Source: a bacterium (GTDB taxonomy: Bacteria; UBA8248). Taken from it: a stretch of 64,000 nucleotides of DNA. Both the position numbers and the translations under genes were made by a program. Location: assembly GCA_965219955.1 (NCBI GenBank), contig OZ244799.1:1408001-1472000 (forward strand), in the 5' to 3' direction. The notes beneath the pieces were generated by a model that did not search any database, was not told the origin of the DNA, and was given only the letters and a program-made list of their open reading frames with translations. The first letter of the stretch is position 1, and every line of letters begins with the position of its first letter. This document shows, piece after piece, positions 50,048-59,697 of this stretch.

Positions 50048-50695
50048 TCAGATATAGGGCTGATACGGATTCCGCTCGGAGACGGGCGCGCCCTGAAGGT
50101 GCGCCAGGGAGTTCATCGTCACGACGCTCCAGCCCCGCTCGGGCGAATGTTCGATGATGTTCATGGCCGCGTTGTGCTGGCGTATCCGCCGGAAGCCGTT
50201 GAGTTCCACGCCCAGAATCCTGCACAGGATCATGTTGATCGCCAGATTGTGGCTCACCGCGGCGATGACCTCGTTTTCATGCGCTGCCAGGAACCCTTCC
50301 ATCACCGCCCAGGCCCTCTCCTGCAACTCCGGGAGCGTCTCGCCGCCCGGCATGCGCGCGCGGGCGGGATGGTCCCGCCATACGCGCATGAAATCGGGGT
50401 GCGTCTCGGGGAGCCGCCGGAAGGGTTCTCCCTCGAGTTCGCCCTGGTTCAACTCGGCGATGCCCGCCTCCTCGAACAGGGGCGCGTCGAGGGCTTGCGC
50501 GACGATTTCGGCGGTGCGCCTCGCGCGCAACAGCGGACTCGAGTAGACGCGAGCGATCGGGCGTCCGCGCAGCACGCAGGCGAGCGCTTCGGCCTGCGCG
50601 ACGCCCACGTCGTTGAGCGCGGTGTCGGAGACGCCCTGGATGCGCTGTTCGACGTTCCAGTCCGTCTCGCCGTGCCGCAAGAGATAGAGAAGCAA
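50048..50695 (-). CDS. Histidine phosphatase family protein
   Basis: RHGET.WN, SSPL.RA..TA, E...G..EG, PGGE and VSH. Confidence 0.92.
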   Translation of the reverse strand: MLLYLLRHGETDWNVEQRIQGVSDTALNDVGVAQAEALACVLRGRPIARVYSSPLLRARRTAEIVAQALDAPLFEEAGIAELNQGELEGEPFRRLPETHPDFMRVWRDHPARARMPGGETLPELQERAWAVMEGFLAAHENEVIAAVSHNLAINMILCRILGVELNGFRRIRQHNAAMNIIEHSPERGWSVVTMNSLAHLQGAPVSERNPYQPYI

Positions 50696-50737
50696 TGCGA
50701 AAAACTCCGGTGGGGCGACGCCCGGGCGAGCGTCGCC

Positions 50738-51301
50738 TTAGTTGTTGTCCTCTTTCAGGAAATCATCGGGCTTGAGGTCCTTGAGCCATTCCTTGATGTC
50801 CTCGGGCTCTTCCTCCAAAGGCTTTTCCGGCTCGGGGGGCGCGTCTTCCCCGCTGCCCGCCTCCATGCCGGAGACGCCCTCTTTCACTTCCTCTTCGTTG
50901 AACTGGATGCTCTTCGCCTCCTCGAGCACCTTCTCCTCCACGAAAATCGGGCTCCCCATGCGCAGGGCCACCGCGATGGCGTCGGAGGGTCTCGAATCGA
51001 CGACGATTTCCGACCCGTTCACGGAAAGGTGAATCTCGGCGAAAAATGTGTTGTCCCGCAGATCGTTGATGAGGATTTTATCCACCCGGCCCTTCAAGTC
51101 GTTGATCATGTTCTTGATCAGATCGTGGGTCATCGGACGCGGCGTCTCGAAGCTCTCAATCTCGCGCGCGATGGCGTGCGCCTCGAAAATGCCCACCCAG
51201 ATGGGCAGCGCGCGGTCTCCCTCGGTCTCGCGCAGCACCACAATCGGCACGTTGGTGTGCGGATCGAGCGTGAGGCCCTTGACTTTCATCTCGATCATCA
51301 T
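50738..51301 (-). CDS. Bifunctional nuclease (DUF151) family protein
   Basis: LPIW.G..EA.AIA, RP.THDL and DSRPSDAIA.ALR. Confidence 0.93.
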   Translation of the reverse strand: MMIEMKVKGLTLDPHTNVPIVVLRETEGDRALPIWVGIFEAHAIAREIESFETPRPMTHDLIKNMINDLKGRVDKILINDLRDNTFFAEIHLSVNGSEIVVDSRPSDAIAVALRMGSPIFVEEKVLEEAKSIQFNEEEVKEGVSGMEAGSGEDAPPEPEKPLEEEPEDIKEWLKDLKPDDFLKEDNN

Positions 51302-52692
51302 TCCCCTTCCTCCATCGCCACGGCGCTCGGCGGCGAGACGCCCGCCAGAGAGTGAATGCCGCCCCTCATGATTTTCACCTCGACCACGTCTCCAGGCTCG
51401 GGCGTAAAACCCTCCGCGTATAATTGTACCCTGTGATTGCCCCGGCTGCGACCCGCAAACCAGTTCGAGTCCCGCTCATCCGCAAAATCCGGGCAGCCCG
51501 CGCATCCGGCGGGCGCGCTCTTGGGCTTCACCGCGCTCTCGACCATCACCTCCTGAACGCCGCCGACGAGTTCCGCGTGCAGGTTCTCCGTCACCTCGCG
51601 CTGCACCCGGCTGGCCTCCTCAAAGCGCTCCGTGAGCACTTCCTCGGGAAGGGTATCCTCCATGTCGAACGCGGGCGTTCCGGGCCGGGGGGAGTATTTG
51701 AACATGTAGATGTTGTCGTAGCGCGCCTCGCGCAGGACGCGGAGCGTTCCCTCGAAATCGGCATCCCGCTCGCCGGGGAAGCCGATGATGACGTCCGATG
51801 TCAGCACCCCGTCCTTCACGCGCTCCCTGAAGAGAGAAACCTTTTCGAGATATTCCTCCGCCGTATAGCCGCGCTCCATGCGCGCGAGCACCGCGTCCGC
51901 CCCCGACTGAACCGGAAGATGAAGGTGCTCGCACACTTTGGGGGATTCCCCCATCGCTTCGACCATGTCCTCGTCGCAATCCTTGGGATGCGACGTCATG
52001 AAGCGGATGCGCTCGAGGCCATCCACCTCGTTCAGGCGCCTCATCAGCCCGCCGAAGGTAAGCTCACCCGAAGATTTGCGGCCGTAGGAGTTCACATTCT
52101 GGCCCAGGAGGGTGACCTCGCGAAAGCCCTCCCCCACCGCGCGCTCGACTTCGTCCACGATGAGTTCGCTCGGCTTGCTCCACTCGGGTCCGCGCGTGTA
52201 GGGCACGACGCAGAAGGTGCAGAAATTATCGCACCCGCGCGCGATGCTCACGAAGGCGTTCAGGCCGCCGCCGCGCACCATCGGAGCGAGTTCGGTGAAA
52301 TCAGGCGGTATCGGCTCGGTATCGACCACCCGGCGCTCTTCCATCTCCTCGAGCAGCATCGGGAGCTTGGCGATGTTCTGGGTGCCGAAGACGAGGTCGA
52401 CCGCCTTGCCGCGTTTTGCTATCGCCTCCCCGTCGCGCGTGGCGAAACAGCCGCACACGCCGACTTTGAGCGCGGGGTTTGTTTTCTTGAGCTTGTCGAG
52501 ACGCCCGATCTGGCTATAAACCTTCTGCTCCGCCTTGTCGCGTATCGAGCAGGTATTCAGCAGGATGAGGTCGGCCGACTCGTTCGATTCGGTCTCCTCA
52601 TACCCTTCGGCCTCCAGATAACCGGTAATCGTCTCCGTATCGTAGCGGTTCATCTGGCAGCCGTATGTGAATATCTTGAACTTCTTGCTCAA
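51298..52692 (-). CDS. miaB: tRNA methylthiotransferase MiaB
   Basis: TYGCQMN..D, NTCSIR.KAE, radical SAM C..FC.FC..P..RG, LLGQNVNSY and a TRAM-like tail. TTG start at 52692. Confidence 0.95.
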   Translation of the reverse strand: MSKKFKIFTYGCQMNRYDTETITGYLEAEGYEETESNESADLILLNTCSIRDKAEQKVYSQIGRLDKLKKTNPALKVGVCGCFATRDGEAIAKRGKAVDLVFGTQNIAKLPMLLEEMEERRVVDTEPIPPDFTELAPMVRGGGLNAFVSIARGCDNFCTFCVVPYTRGPEWSKPSELIVDEVERAVGEGFREVTLLGQNVNSYGRKSSGELTFGGLMRRLNEVDGLERIRFMTSHPKDCDEDMVEAMGESPKVCEHLHLPVQSGADAVLARMERGYTAEEYLEKVSLFRERVKDGVLTSDVIIGFPGERDADFEGTLRVLREARYDNIYMFKYSPRPGTPAFDMEDTLPEEVLTERFEEASRVQREVTENLHAELVGGVQEVMVESAVKPKSAPAGCAGCPDFADERDSNWFAGRSRGNHRVQLYAEGFTPEPGDVVEVKIMRGGIHSLAGVSPPSAVAMEEGE

Positions 52693-52857
52693 GGTGCGCT
52701 CCCCTCGTTGCCTGTGTCCGGCGATCCTGCAATTCTTTGGGGCCATATTGCGAGGGCGCGTTTTCGATGTCAACTTGAAAGATGGAAAAGAAACATCGAA
52801 TTTGGTAAGCCTGTCGAGGGTTTGTGCTTTTTTCTTCTCTTTCACGAGAAATACGCC

Positions 52858-53418
52858 ATGCGCGTGGTTTGTTTTCATGGAAGACGCGAAATCGGCGGGG
52901 AGGCCCTCTTCCTGAGCGCTGCTCGAATCTTCGCCGGCGCGGCCAACCAGGCCGGGTTCTCCGCCCAGGTGCGAACGCCTGGGTTCCCTTCTCCCCCGGG
53001 CTCGCCCGACCGAGCCGTGGTGAAAATTTCACGCGAACAACTCTCCGACCTCGCCATCCCGGCGGAATACGATCTCGAAATCGTCTGCGACCCCCTCCTC
53101 GCCGTCGTGCCCCCGATGGGGAATGCGCTCAAACCGGGCGGCGTACTCGTCCTCAACACGCAAAGCATCATTCATGGCCGCGATATCCGCATCGCCTCGG
53201 TGGATATCGACGCCATCGCCTTGAAATACGCCGCAGCGCCCGAGGCCGCGCATCTGGGCGCGGCGCTGGCCGGCTGGGACGTACTCGCCGGAGGGATATC
53301 CACCCGAAACGCCATCGAGGCGTACCGCGAAATAAAGGGAGAGGCCATGCGGGAGACGGAAGAAAGAGCCTTCGCCGAGGCCGCCCTGGCGACGAAAAGA
53401 GCGCTTAGCGCCAAATAA
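52858..53418 (+). CDS. Divergent 2-oxoacid:acceptor oxidoreductase gamma-subunit-like protein
   Basis: FHGR...GG, A.V.IS...., 'D.....DP', LKPGG.LVLNT, VD..AIA and LGA. Only the last 186 codons of the listed 664-aa ORF are credible. Confidence 0.6.
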   Translation: MRVVCFHGRREIGGEALFLSAARIFAGAANQAGFSAQVRTPGFPSPPGSPDRAVVKISREQLSDLAIPAEYDLEIVCDPLLAVVPPMGNALKPGGVLVLNTQSIIHGRDIRIASVDIDAIALKYAAAPEAAHLGAALAGWDVLAGGISTRNAIEAYREIKGEAMRETEERAFAEAALATKRALSAK

Positions 53419-53436
53419 CGAGAAGACGGCCTGAGC

Positions 53437-54073
53437 GGGGGTTGTTGGAAAAGTCATCCTTGGTCGGAATTGACCACCATCGTCATTCCGGCGAAAGCCG
53501 GAATCCATTTTGACTTTATCACCGGACGGGGCGGTCACGACCTTGTTGTCGCGCGGCGTCGGGATGCGGAATCCAGAGAATTCGCCTTTCGTTTTTGGGT
53601 TCGATTCCAACCCTCCCAGTCCGGAAGTAAAGACGTTCGAACGAGGAGGCGAAAAGGCGAAAGCGAAAATGGATTCCGGCTTTCGCCGGAATGACGAACA
53701 AAGCCGAATCGCATCCGTAGGGACAGGCCTCCGTGCCTGTCCGGGGCCCCTGCGCCCGTCCTGACGCGGGACTGCAAAACCTCCAGGCGGCAGAACCAAC
53801 TCCTCCTCATCCCGAGTAGCGACCCCTCGACTTCGCTCGGGACAGGCTCCGCCGTTCCCCGACACCCCTCATCCTGAGTAGGCGCGTAAGCGCCGTATCG
53901 AAGGTCAAACGTGATTGATGAATGAGCGTTTGCTCTCGTCCTGAGCGAGCCCCTCGCCCTCCGATACAAACGCTCCTTTCTCAGTCGCGTCTGACCTTCG
54001 GCGGCTACTCAGGGTGAGGAAAGAGGCGTTGGCGGTTTGCAGGGGTCACATACGGGGCTTTTTCAACAACCCC
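53437..54073. mobile_element. Largest composite repeat: TIR shell with REP-B doublet, REP-D half and REP-C modules
   Basis: GGGGTTGTTGGAAAA...GGGCTTTTTCAACAACCCC. Segments match 16612-16873 and 1638-1759. Confidence 0.8.
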
Positions 54074-54163
54074 GAGTGGGACGCATTGTTCTTTCGCGTT
54101 GACCTCCCCCCGGCGCAAAGTGTAGTTTGAGCGCATAAACTCCCGCCCCACGGAAAAACCCGC

Positions 54164-55408
54164 ATGAAGCGACTCCCCCGCACAGGCGCGCCCTGCCTCC
54201 TGCTCGTCGCGTTCCTCGTTTCCGGGTGTTCTTCTATTCACGAGAATTTTCTCGTGCGCCTCCTCGCGCCGAAACCCTTCGAAATCGGCCTTTGGGTGCA
54301 GGCGGAGGGCGTGAACAGAACCCTGGACAGCGCCGGGAAAATCAAGGCGCTGGTAAGGCGCGCGCGCTCCGCGGGCGTTACGGACATCTACGCGCAGGTC
54401 TACCGCTCGGGCCGCGCGTGGTTCCCAACGAAGCTGGCGGATGACTCTCCCGCGAAACGCGCCGGGCGAGAGCCGCTGGCCCTGCTGCTCGATCTGGCCT
54501 CCCGTGGCGAGGAATCCGAGCGCCCCATCAGGGTTCATGCGTGGATAAACGCATTCGCCCTTGCGAGAAACAAGAAAGCGCCCATCATCCAGGAACTCGG
54601 GAGAGAAGCCGTTCTCAAGGATCAATACGGGCGCTCGCTGCTCGAATATCCCCTTTCGGGAAAGCCCGCATGGGCGAAAGGCTTCGGCCTCGGAACGCCC
54701 GGCATCTTTCTCGATCCGGGCAATCCGGCGGTGCGCAAGCGCATCATCGACGTCGCGGCGGATTTGGTGAAAAAATATCCACGCCTTGCGGGCATCCACC
54801 TCGATTTCATCCGCTACCCCTACGCGCTTCCCATATCGCCGGGTTCCAGCTTCTCTTCGCGTCTTGATTTCGGCTACAACGAGGCCTCGGTCGCCCGCTT
54901 CGCGCAAGAAACCCGGAAAACCGCGCCGCGCGCAGGCGCGAGCGTAAAGCGCGCCGACGCGGCGGCCTGGGATAAGTGGCGCCGCGCGCAAGTCACGGCG
55001 GCGGTTCGCGGCGTTTATGAAACAACCGTAGGTTTAAGGGGGCAAGTGATTGTTTCCGCTGCAGTTCTTCCCTGGGCGGAGCGGGCCTATCTCTCCGCGT
55101 TTCAGGACTGGCGCGGCTGGCTGAAAGGCGGGTTTCTCGATAAGGCAGTCGTGATGAATTATACGAGAGACATTCATCTGGCCGCTCAGATCAGCCGAAG
55201 CGCACTCGCCGCCAGGAGGGTGAAAACCCCGAACCCACGCGCGCCCAAGGTCGTCATCGGCCTGGGCGCATACCTGTTCACCAAAAATCCGGCGGGCGTG
55301 TGGCGCGAATGGCGTGCCGCCCGAACGGCCGGCGCCGATGGCGTCGCCCTTTTCTCCTATGATCAGATGGTCGGGAACGATGCGATGTGGAAATTCCCCG
55401 TCCGGTGA
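54164..55408 (+). CDS. Glycosyl hydrolase-like 10 (GHL10/YddW-like) lipoprotein
   Basis: Lipobox VSGC, QV...G, VHAW.N, LDPG.P.V, GIHLD..RYP, WRR..VT and QDW..W. Confidence 0.85.
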   Translation: MKRLPRTGAPCLLLVAFLVSGCSSIHENFLVRLLAPKPFEIGLWVQAEGVNRTLDSAGKIKALVRRARSAGVTDIYAQVYRSGRAWFPTKLADDSPAKRAGREPLALLLDLASRGEESERPIRVHAWINAFALARNKKAPIIQELGREAVLKDQYGRSLLEYPLSGKPAWAKGFGLGTPGIFLDPGNPAVRKRIIDVAADLVKKYPRLAGIHLDFIRYPYALPISPGSSFSSRLDFGYNEASVARFAQETRKTAPRAGASVKRADAAAWDKWRRAQVTAAVRGVYETTVGLRGQVIVSAAVLPWAERAYLSAFQDWRGWLKGGFLDKAVVMNYTRDIHLAAQISRSALAARRVKTPNPRAPKVVIGLGAYLFTKNPAGVWREWRAARTAGADGVALFSYDQMVGNDAMWKFPVR

Positions 55409-55629
55409 TTTCAGCGCGATCCCTTGACAGACAAGCGTTTTGCGCTTGCAAGCAATGGCGTAGATGGCTATAATCCGCTCGTCGTTACAGAATCACCCGC
55501 CCCGTATTTTACCTCCGCCTAAAACATTTTTGGATTTCTGTTGCTGGAGGTTGTTGCAGCAAACAGAGCAGGCGTGAGCGCGCACGCACCGCCCGCGCGC
55601 CGCTCAGGGCGAAAGAGGAGAAGAAGAAA

Positions 55630-55902
55630 ATGAACAAAGGTGAACTCGCAGAAGCCATCGCCGCGCAGGCGAACCTGAGCAAGTCGAGCGCCCAGGGCGT
55701 AGTCGACGCATTCGTGGGCGCCGTAACCTCGGCGCTCAAGAGCGGAGACAAAGTGACGCTCACGGGCTTCGGCACCTTCAGCGTCTCCCAGCGGGCGGCT
55801 CGCAAGGCGCGCAACCCGAGGACGGGCGAGGAGATTCAAGTGGCCGCGGCCACCGTGCCGAAGTTCAAGGCGGGAGCAGGCCTGAAGGCCTCAGTGAACT
55901 AG
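55630..55902 (+). CDS. hup: DNA-binding protein HU
   Basis: MNK.EL...IA, GFGTF....R.AR..RNP.TGE and PKFK.G. Confidence 0.95.
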   Translation: MNKGELAEAIAAQANLSKSSAQGVVDAFVGAVTSALKSGDKVTLTGFGTFSVSQRAARKARNPRTGEEIQVAAATVPKFKAGAGLKASVN

Positions 55903-56143
55903 AACTCGTACTCAACAGCCGGAAAAACAGGCCCGGCGCGAAATGAACTTCAAAAACTGGAGGGTGATTTTGCGCCGAAATACCGGAGAAGGAACCGGAA
56001 GTCCGGAATGAGTGGATGATTTTGTCCGAAAACCGGCGCAAGAATCAGCTTTTGCGTGCCAGACGGAGTAAAACGAGGGCTTTCGGGCGCGGGCGAAAAC
56101 GAAACCCTTGAACATTCGATTCAATTCGTGGCGGGAGACCGGA

Positions 56144-56953
56144 TCAAGAGGTCGCGCCTTCTATAGCGACCTCTCCTCCCCAAGCCTCCCAGTTGGAGAG
56201 CGTGTCCACCGAATCGTCGATGAATTCCATATAATCGCCCGTCATCCGCGCTCCCTCTTCGATGAGGCGGCATGTCCTCTCGGTGTTCTCCTCATTGAAG
56301 GGCAGTCTGAGCTTCCTCAAGACGATTTTCGTTCGTCCATTCACGAAGAGATGCTCAACGTCGTGCCAATCGCCATAAAACTTCCGAGGCGCGCCACGCG
56401 CCCGCGCGACTTTTTCCGGCGCACAGCCGTATAAAGCGCCGAGACCCTCGGCGTATTCTCGTTTCAGCGCGTCGTTCATCGCGTCCTGGGCGTCCCGGAG
56501 TTGCTCTCCCACCGTGTTGTCGTCGATATGAATGGCGTAATCCACTGCAATCTCCACCAGCACGTGCGCGAGATAGTGGAGGCTCGCCTCATCGGGCATC
56601 ACGCCCACTTCTTTCGTGAATTCACGCATCAGGGGGATGAGCTCGACCCCTTTCAGATAGGTGTAGCCCTGCTTTTGGGAGGGCGTTTGCCCGCTCGCCG
56701 TCTTGGCGATGCTCCCGTAGTGGCAGAGGTTGTCGACCACCAGGTGGCATTTCACCCACAAAAGTTTCGGGAATCGCTCCAACACGCCCGCCGGCGGCGC
56801 GAAGCGGTGGGTTTCCCTGGGATTGAACTCCCCGGACAGCGGCAGGGAATCGGGCGCCACGTTGTAGACGTAGGCGTCGTCCCCTGGATGGGACATCTCG
56901 GGATGACGCTCCAGCAGTTCCCGCAAAACCAGCGTGTGGCAGTTGGTGAGCAA
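56144..56953 (-). CDS. Hypothetical protein, possibly zinc-dependent phospholipase C / S1-P1-like fold
   Basis: N-terminal His, 'N.APD', 'H...D...H' and 'H...E...D' spacings. Confidence 0.55.
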   Translation of the reverse strand: MLTNCHTLVLRELLERHPEMSHPGDDAYVYNVAPDSLPLSGEFNPRETHRFAPPAGVLERFPKLLWVKCHLVVDNLCHYGSIAKTASGQTPSQKQGYTYLKGVELIPLMREFTKEVGVMPDEASLHYLAHVLVEIAVDYAIHIDDNTVGEQLRDAQDAMNDALKREYAEGLGALYGCAPEKVARARGAPRKFYGDWHDVEHLFVNGRTKIVLRKLRLPFNEENTERTCRLIEEGARMTGDYMEFIDDSVDTLSNWEAWGGEVAIEGATS

Positions 56954-56966
56954 AAGTCCCTTCTCC

Positions 56967-57791
56967 CTAAAGCGGCTCCGTCAGTGAATAGCGCCCATCG
57001 GCGCAAGCGACTTTTCCGGATTGCACGAACCGCTCCAGATGCAGTTCTATCACGCAGGCGCCCAGCGCTCTCTGGCGCTCCGGCAAATCCTGATATATGA
57101 GGTCGGCTATCTTGACGGGCGAATCGTGTCCTGCCTCCAGCGCTTCCAGATACTGCGCGTCGCGCATCTTGCGGTGTTCGATAAGCTCGTCGATCCTGGC
57201 AATCGGATCCTGGATCACCGGCCCGTGGCCCGGGTAGATGAGGCGAGGCGCGAGCTTTTTCACTCTCTCCAGCGATTCGAGGTAATCACCCAGGTTTCCC
57301 TTGGGCGCGGTCACCGCCGTCGTCGAGGGAAGAAGAACGTTGTCGCCCCCCAGAAGGATCCTCTCCTCCTCCCACCAGAACGAAAGATGGCCGGGAGAAT
57401 GGCCCGGCGTGAGGATGGCCTCCAAGCGCATTTCTCCCAACTCGACGAATTCTCCTTCCCTGATCGGAGAAACCGGCAGGCCCGGCTGTTCCTCTTCGAG
57501 CAACCGCATCTCCAGGGGATGGGCGTAAGCCGTGACGCCGAACCTGTCGCAGACCGCCCTGGCGCCGCCCGAGTGGTCGAAGTGGTGGTGGGTCAGAACA
57601 AGTTTTTCCAACTCACCTCCGGCGCGCGCTTCCACACATGAGAGCACCTCGGGAATGCACTCGCGGTAGCCCGCGTCGAAGAGAATGAAAGGCCCGTCGC
57701 CGATGAGGATCACCTCAACGTGTTCCATGAACGACCCCTGGGGCGCTACCAGCCTGTGGCTCTGAATAAGATGTGATGCGGTCGATTTCAC
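56967..57791 (-). CDS. MBL-fold metallo-hydrolase with C-terminal winged helix (LACTB2-like)
   Basis: THHHFDH, TPGHS.GH, GD and PGHG. The start is either GTG 57791 or ATG 57728. Confidence 0.88.
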   Translation of the reverse strand: MKSTASHLIQSHRLVAPQGSFMEHVEVILIGDGPFILFDAGYRECIPEVLSCVEARAGGELEKLVLTHHHFDHSGGARAVCDRFGVTAYAHPLEMRLLEEEQPGLPVSPIREGEFVELGEMRLEAILTPGHSPGHLSFWWEEERILLGGDNVLLPSTTAVTAPKGNLGDYLESLERVKKLAPRLIYPGHGPVIQDPIARIDELIEHRKMRDAQYLEALEAGHDSPVKIADLIYQDLPERQRALGACVIELHLERFVQSGKVACADGRYSLTEPL

Positions 57792-58164
57792 GTTCAAAAA
57801 ATCCTCTCTCGAAATCCCAACCTGCGATGGAAAACCATACGGGGACGCGGCTCGATGAAGCGCCGAAATTCTCTTGCCCGCGCCAACTGCGAGTAAGGCG
57901 CTTCCCTTTCTTCGCCTCTTGACCAAGGTGTGCGAATAATCGGCACGAATTATCGCCTGCCGGAAAAAAAAACGGCATTTGACAGACACCGTGAATCTGT
58001 TATGTTCCCTACCACAAAAATTCGCAGACAGTAAACAAATCAACCTATTATTACGTCGTTTTCTTTACTATCTGCGAGTTATTCTGGTGAGTGCAAAATA
58101 AGCGAATCTTTTCAATTAACCGGGGGCTTGGCCCTCTCTCTATTCCTGCATGAGGAGATTTCCG

Positions 58165-59271
58165 ATGAAATCCCGTATCCATTACTTCGTTGCCGCCGTC
58201 GCGGCGGTGGCTGTCTTCGCATCGGGCGCGCTCGTATCCGAAGCGATGATGAAAAACCAGAAAGATCTCGTGCGCGCGGCGAAAAAAGAGGGCGCCGTCA
58301 CGATCATCAACCCCCTGTTCAGCGACCGCACCGCCAAGCGCATGGGCCCGGCTTTCGTCAAGCACTACGGCCTCGGCAGCGGCTTCAAATTCCGCAACCT
58401 GCGCAAAGGCACCGGCGCCACCGTCTCCCAGGTTCGCCAGGAGATGCGGGCCAAGAAGTTCACCGTCGACGTACACGTGGTGAGCGCGCCCGGCTTCTTC
58501 GCCGCGGCCCAGAAACGCGGCGCGTACCACAAGCTCGACAGCGCCGAGTGGAACAAGCACTTCGCGGCGGTGATCAAGAAAGCCGGCCAGTACGCGAACT
58601 ACCCCTACGTCGTGACGCCTCTGGCCTATACCTTCCAGCCGGTGTGGAACACCGCCTGTAAGGGCATGAAAGATCTCAGTGTAACGCAGTATTCCGACAC
58701 CATCTCCAAAAAAGTGATGGGCCAGACCATCGCCGGCGACATCACCAAGAGCTTCACCTACACCAACACCGTCATCTCGCTCATCGAGAACGGCATGGAC
58801 ATGAACAAGTATTGGGACGCCCTGAAGGCCACGAAGCCCGTCGTCATGTTCCGCACTGAGCCGAAGATGCAGGTGCTCATCAACTGCGAGCGCGGCCTCG
58901 ACCCCTGGAACCTCTCGGGCCGTGTGTATCAGAACGTCCTCAAGAAGCCCGAACTCGCCAAAGTCCTCAGGATTGGCTACTACAAAGAAGGCCAGGTCAT
59001 GCTGGGCAACCAGGCGGCTGTCCTGAACGGCGCGCCGAACCCCAACGCCGGCAAACTGCTTGTTGAATTCCTCCTTACCAAGGCAGGCACCGACGTATAC
59101 GTGGAAGGCGAAGCCATTTACAGCTTCCGCGCAGGCTACAAGCCGCCCAAGGTCGTGCAACCCTACCTCCTCGACCTGAGCAAGCACAAGCTTCTGGGTC
59201 TCAAGGACTGGGTGGCGGCACAGAAGAAGTTCAAGGCGACGCGCGCCGAATTCATCAAGCGCTTCAAGTAG
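58165..59271 (+). CDS. ABC transporter solute-binding protein (Fe3+/thiamine/polyamine cluster), copy 1
   Basis: Signal peptide, L..AAKKEG.V.I and AP.PNA.KL...FLL...G; upstream of a permease and ATPase. Confidence 0.88.
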   Translation: MKSRIHYFVAAVAAVAVFASGALVSEAMMKNQKDLVRAAKKEGAVTIINPLFSDRTAKRMGPAFVKHYGLGSGFKFRNLRKGTGATVSQVRQEMRAKKFTVDVHVVSAPGFFAAAQKRGAYHKLDSAEWNKHFAAVIKKAGQYANYPYVVTPLAYTFQPVWNTACKGMKDLSVTQYSDTISKKVMGQTIAGDITKSFTYTNTVISLIENGMDMNKYWDALKATKPVVMFRTEPKMQVLINCERGLDPWNLSGRVYQNVLKKPELAKVLRIGYYKEGQVMLGNQAAVLNGAPNPNAGKLLVEFLLTKAGTDVYVEGEAIYSFRAGYKPPKVVQPYLLDLSKHKLLGLKDWVAAQKKFKATRAEFIKRFK

Positions 59272-59697
59272 GACGCTTTATCGGTCATCGATCGGAATGG
59301 GTGGGAGCCCCTTGTGGGCTCCCACCCTTCTGACTTGAAATGAGAAAATCCGCGACGCGCCATGCTGCGAGGGATCGGCCGGGGTCGCCCCTCTGGCGCT
59401 ATCGAGGCGGAGCTTGCGCGACGTAGCGCGCGGTTAGCGTTTTTACAAATACCGAACTTCCCCGCGAATCTAAGCAATGATTCGCGGGCGTGTTGCTTTT
59501 GGAAACGGCGTTCTTTATAGTCGATTGTTCATATTCCTGAAAAGACTTGCGTTCCCAGGATTCGCAGGAAAGATTGCATCGACAAGATTTATGGCCAGAG
59601 ACACCAGAGCACCGCAAATCGATGTAGTTCTTCCGAATGGAAATTTTTTAAACCGGGGGCTGGCCCCCATACTGTTCATGTATTGAGGAGATTCTCG

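Noticed and set aside
51424-52857. 664-aa plus-strand ORF
   Set aside because: It is mostly the antisense shadow of miaB; only the part from 52858 looks like a real gene.
1278-54073. Palindromic repeats as a CRISPR array
   Set aside because: The repeats are dispersed and inverted, not direct repeats with regular unique spacers, and no cas genes are present.
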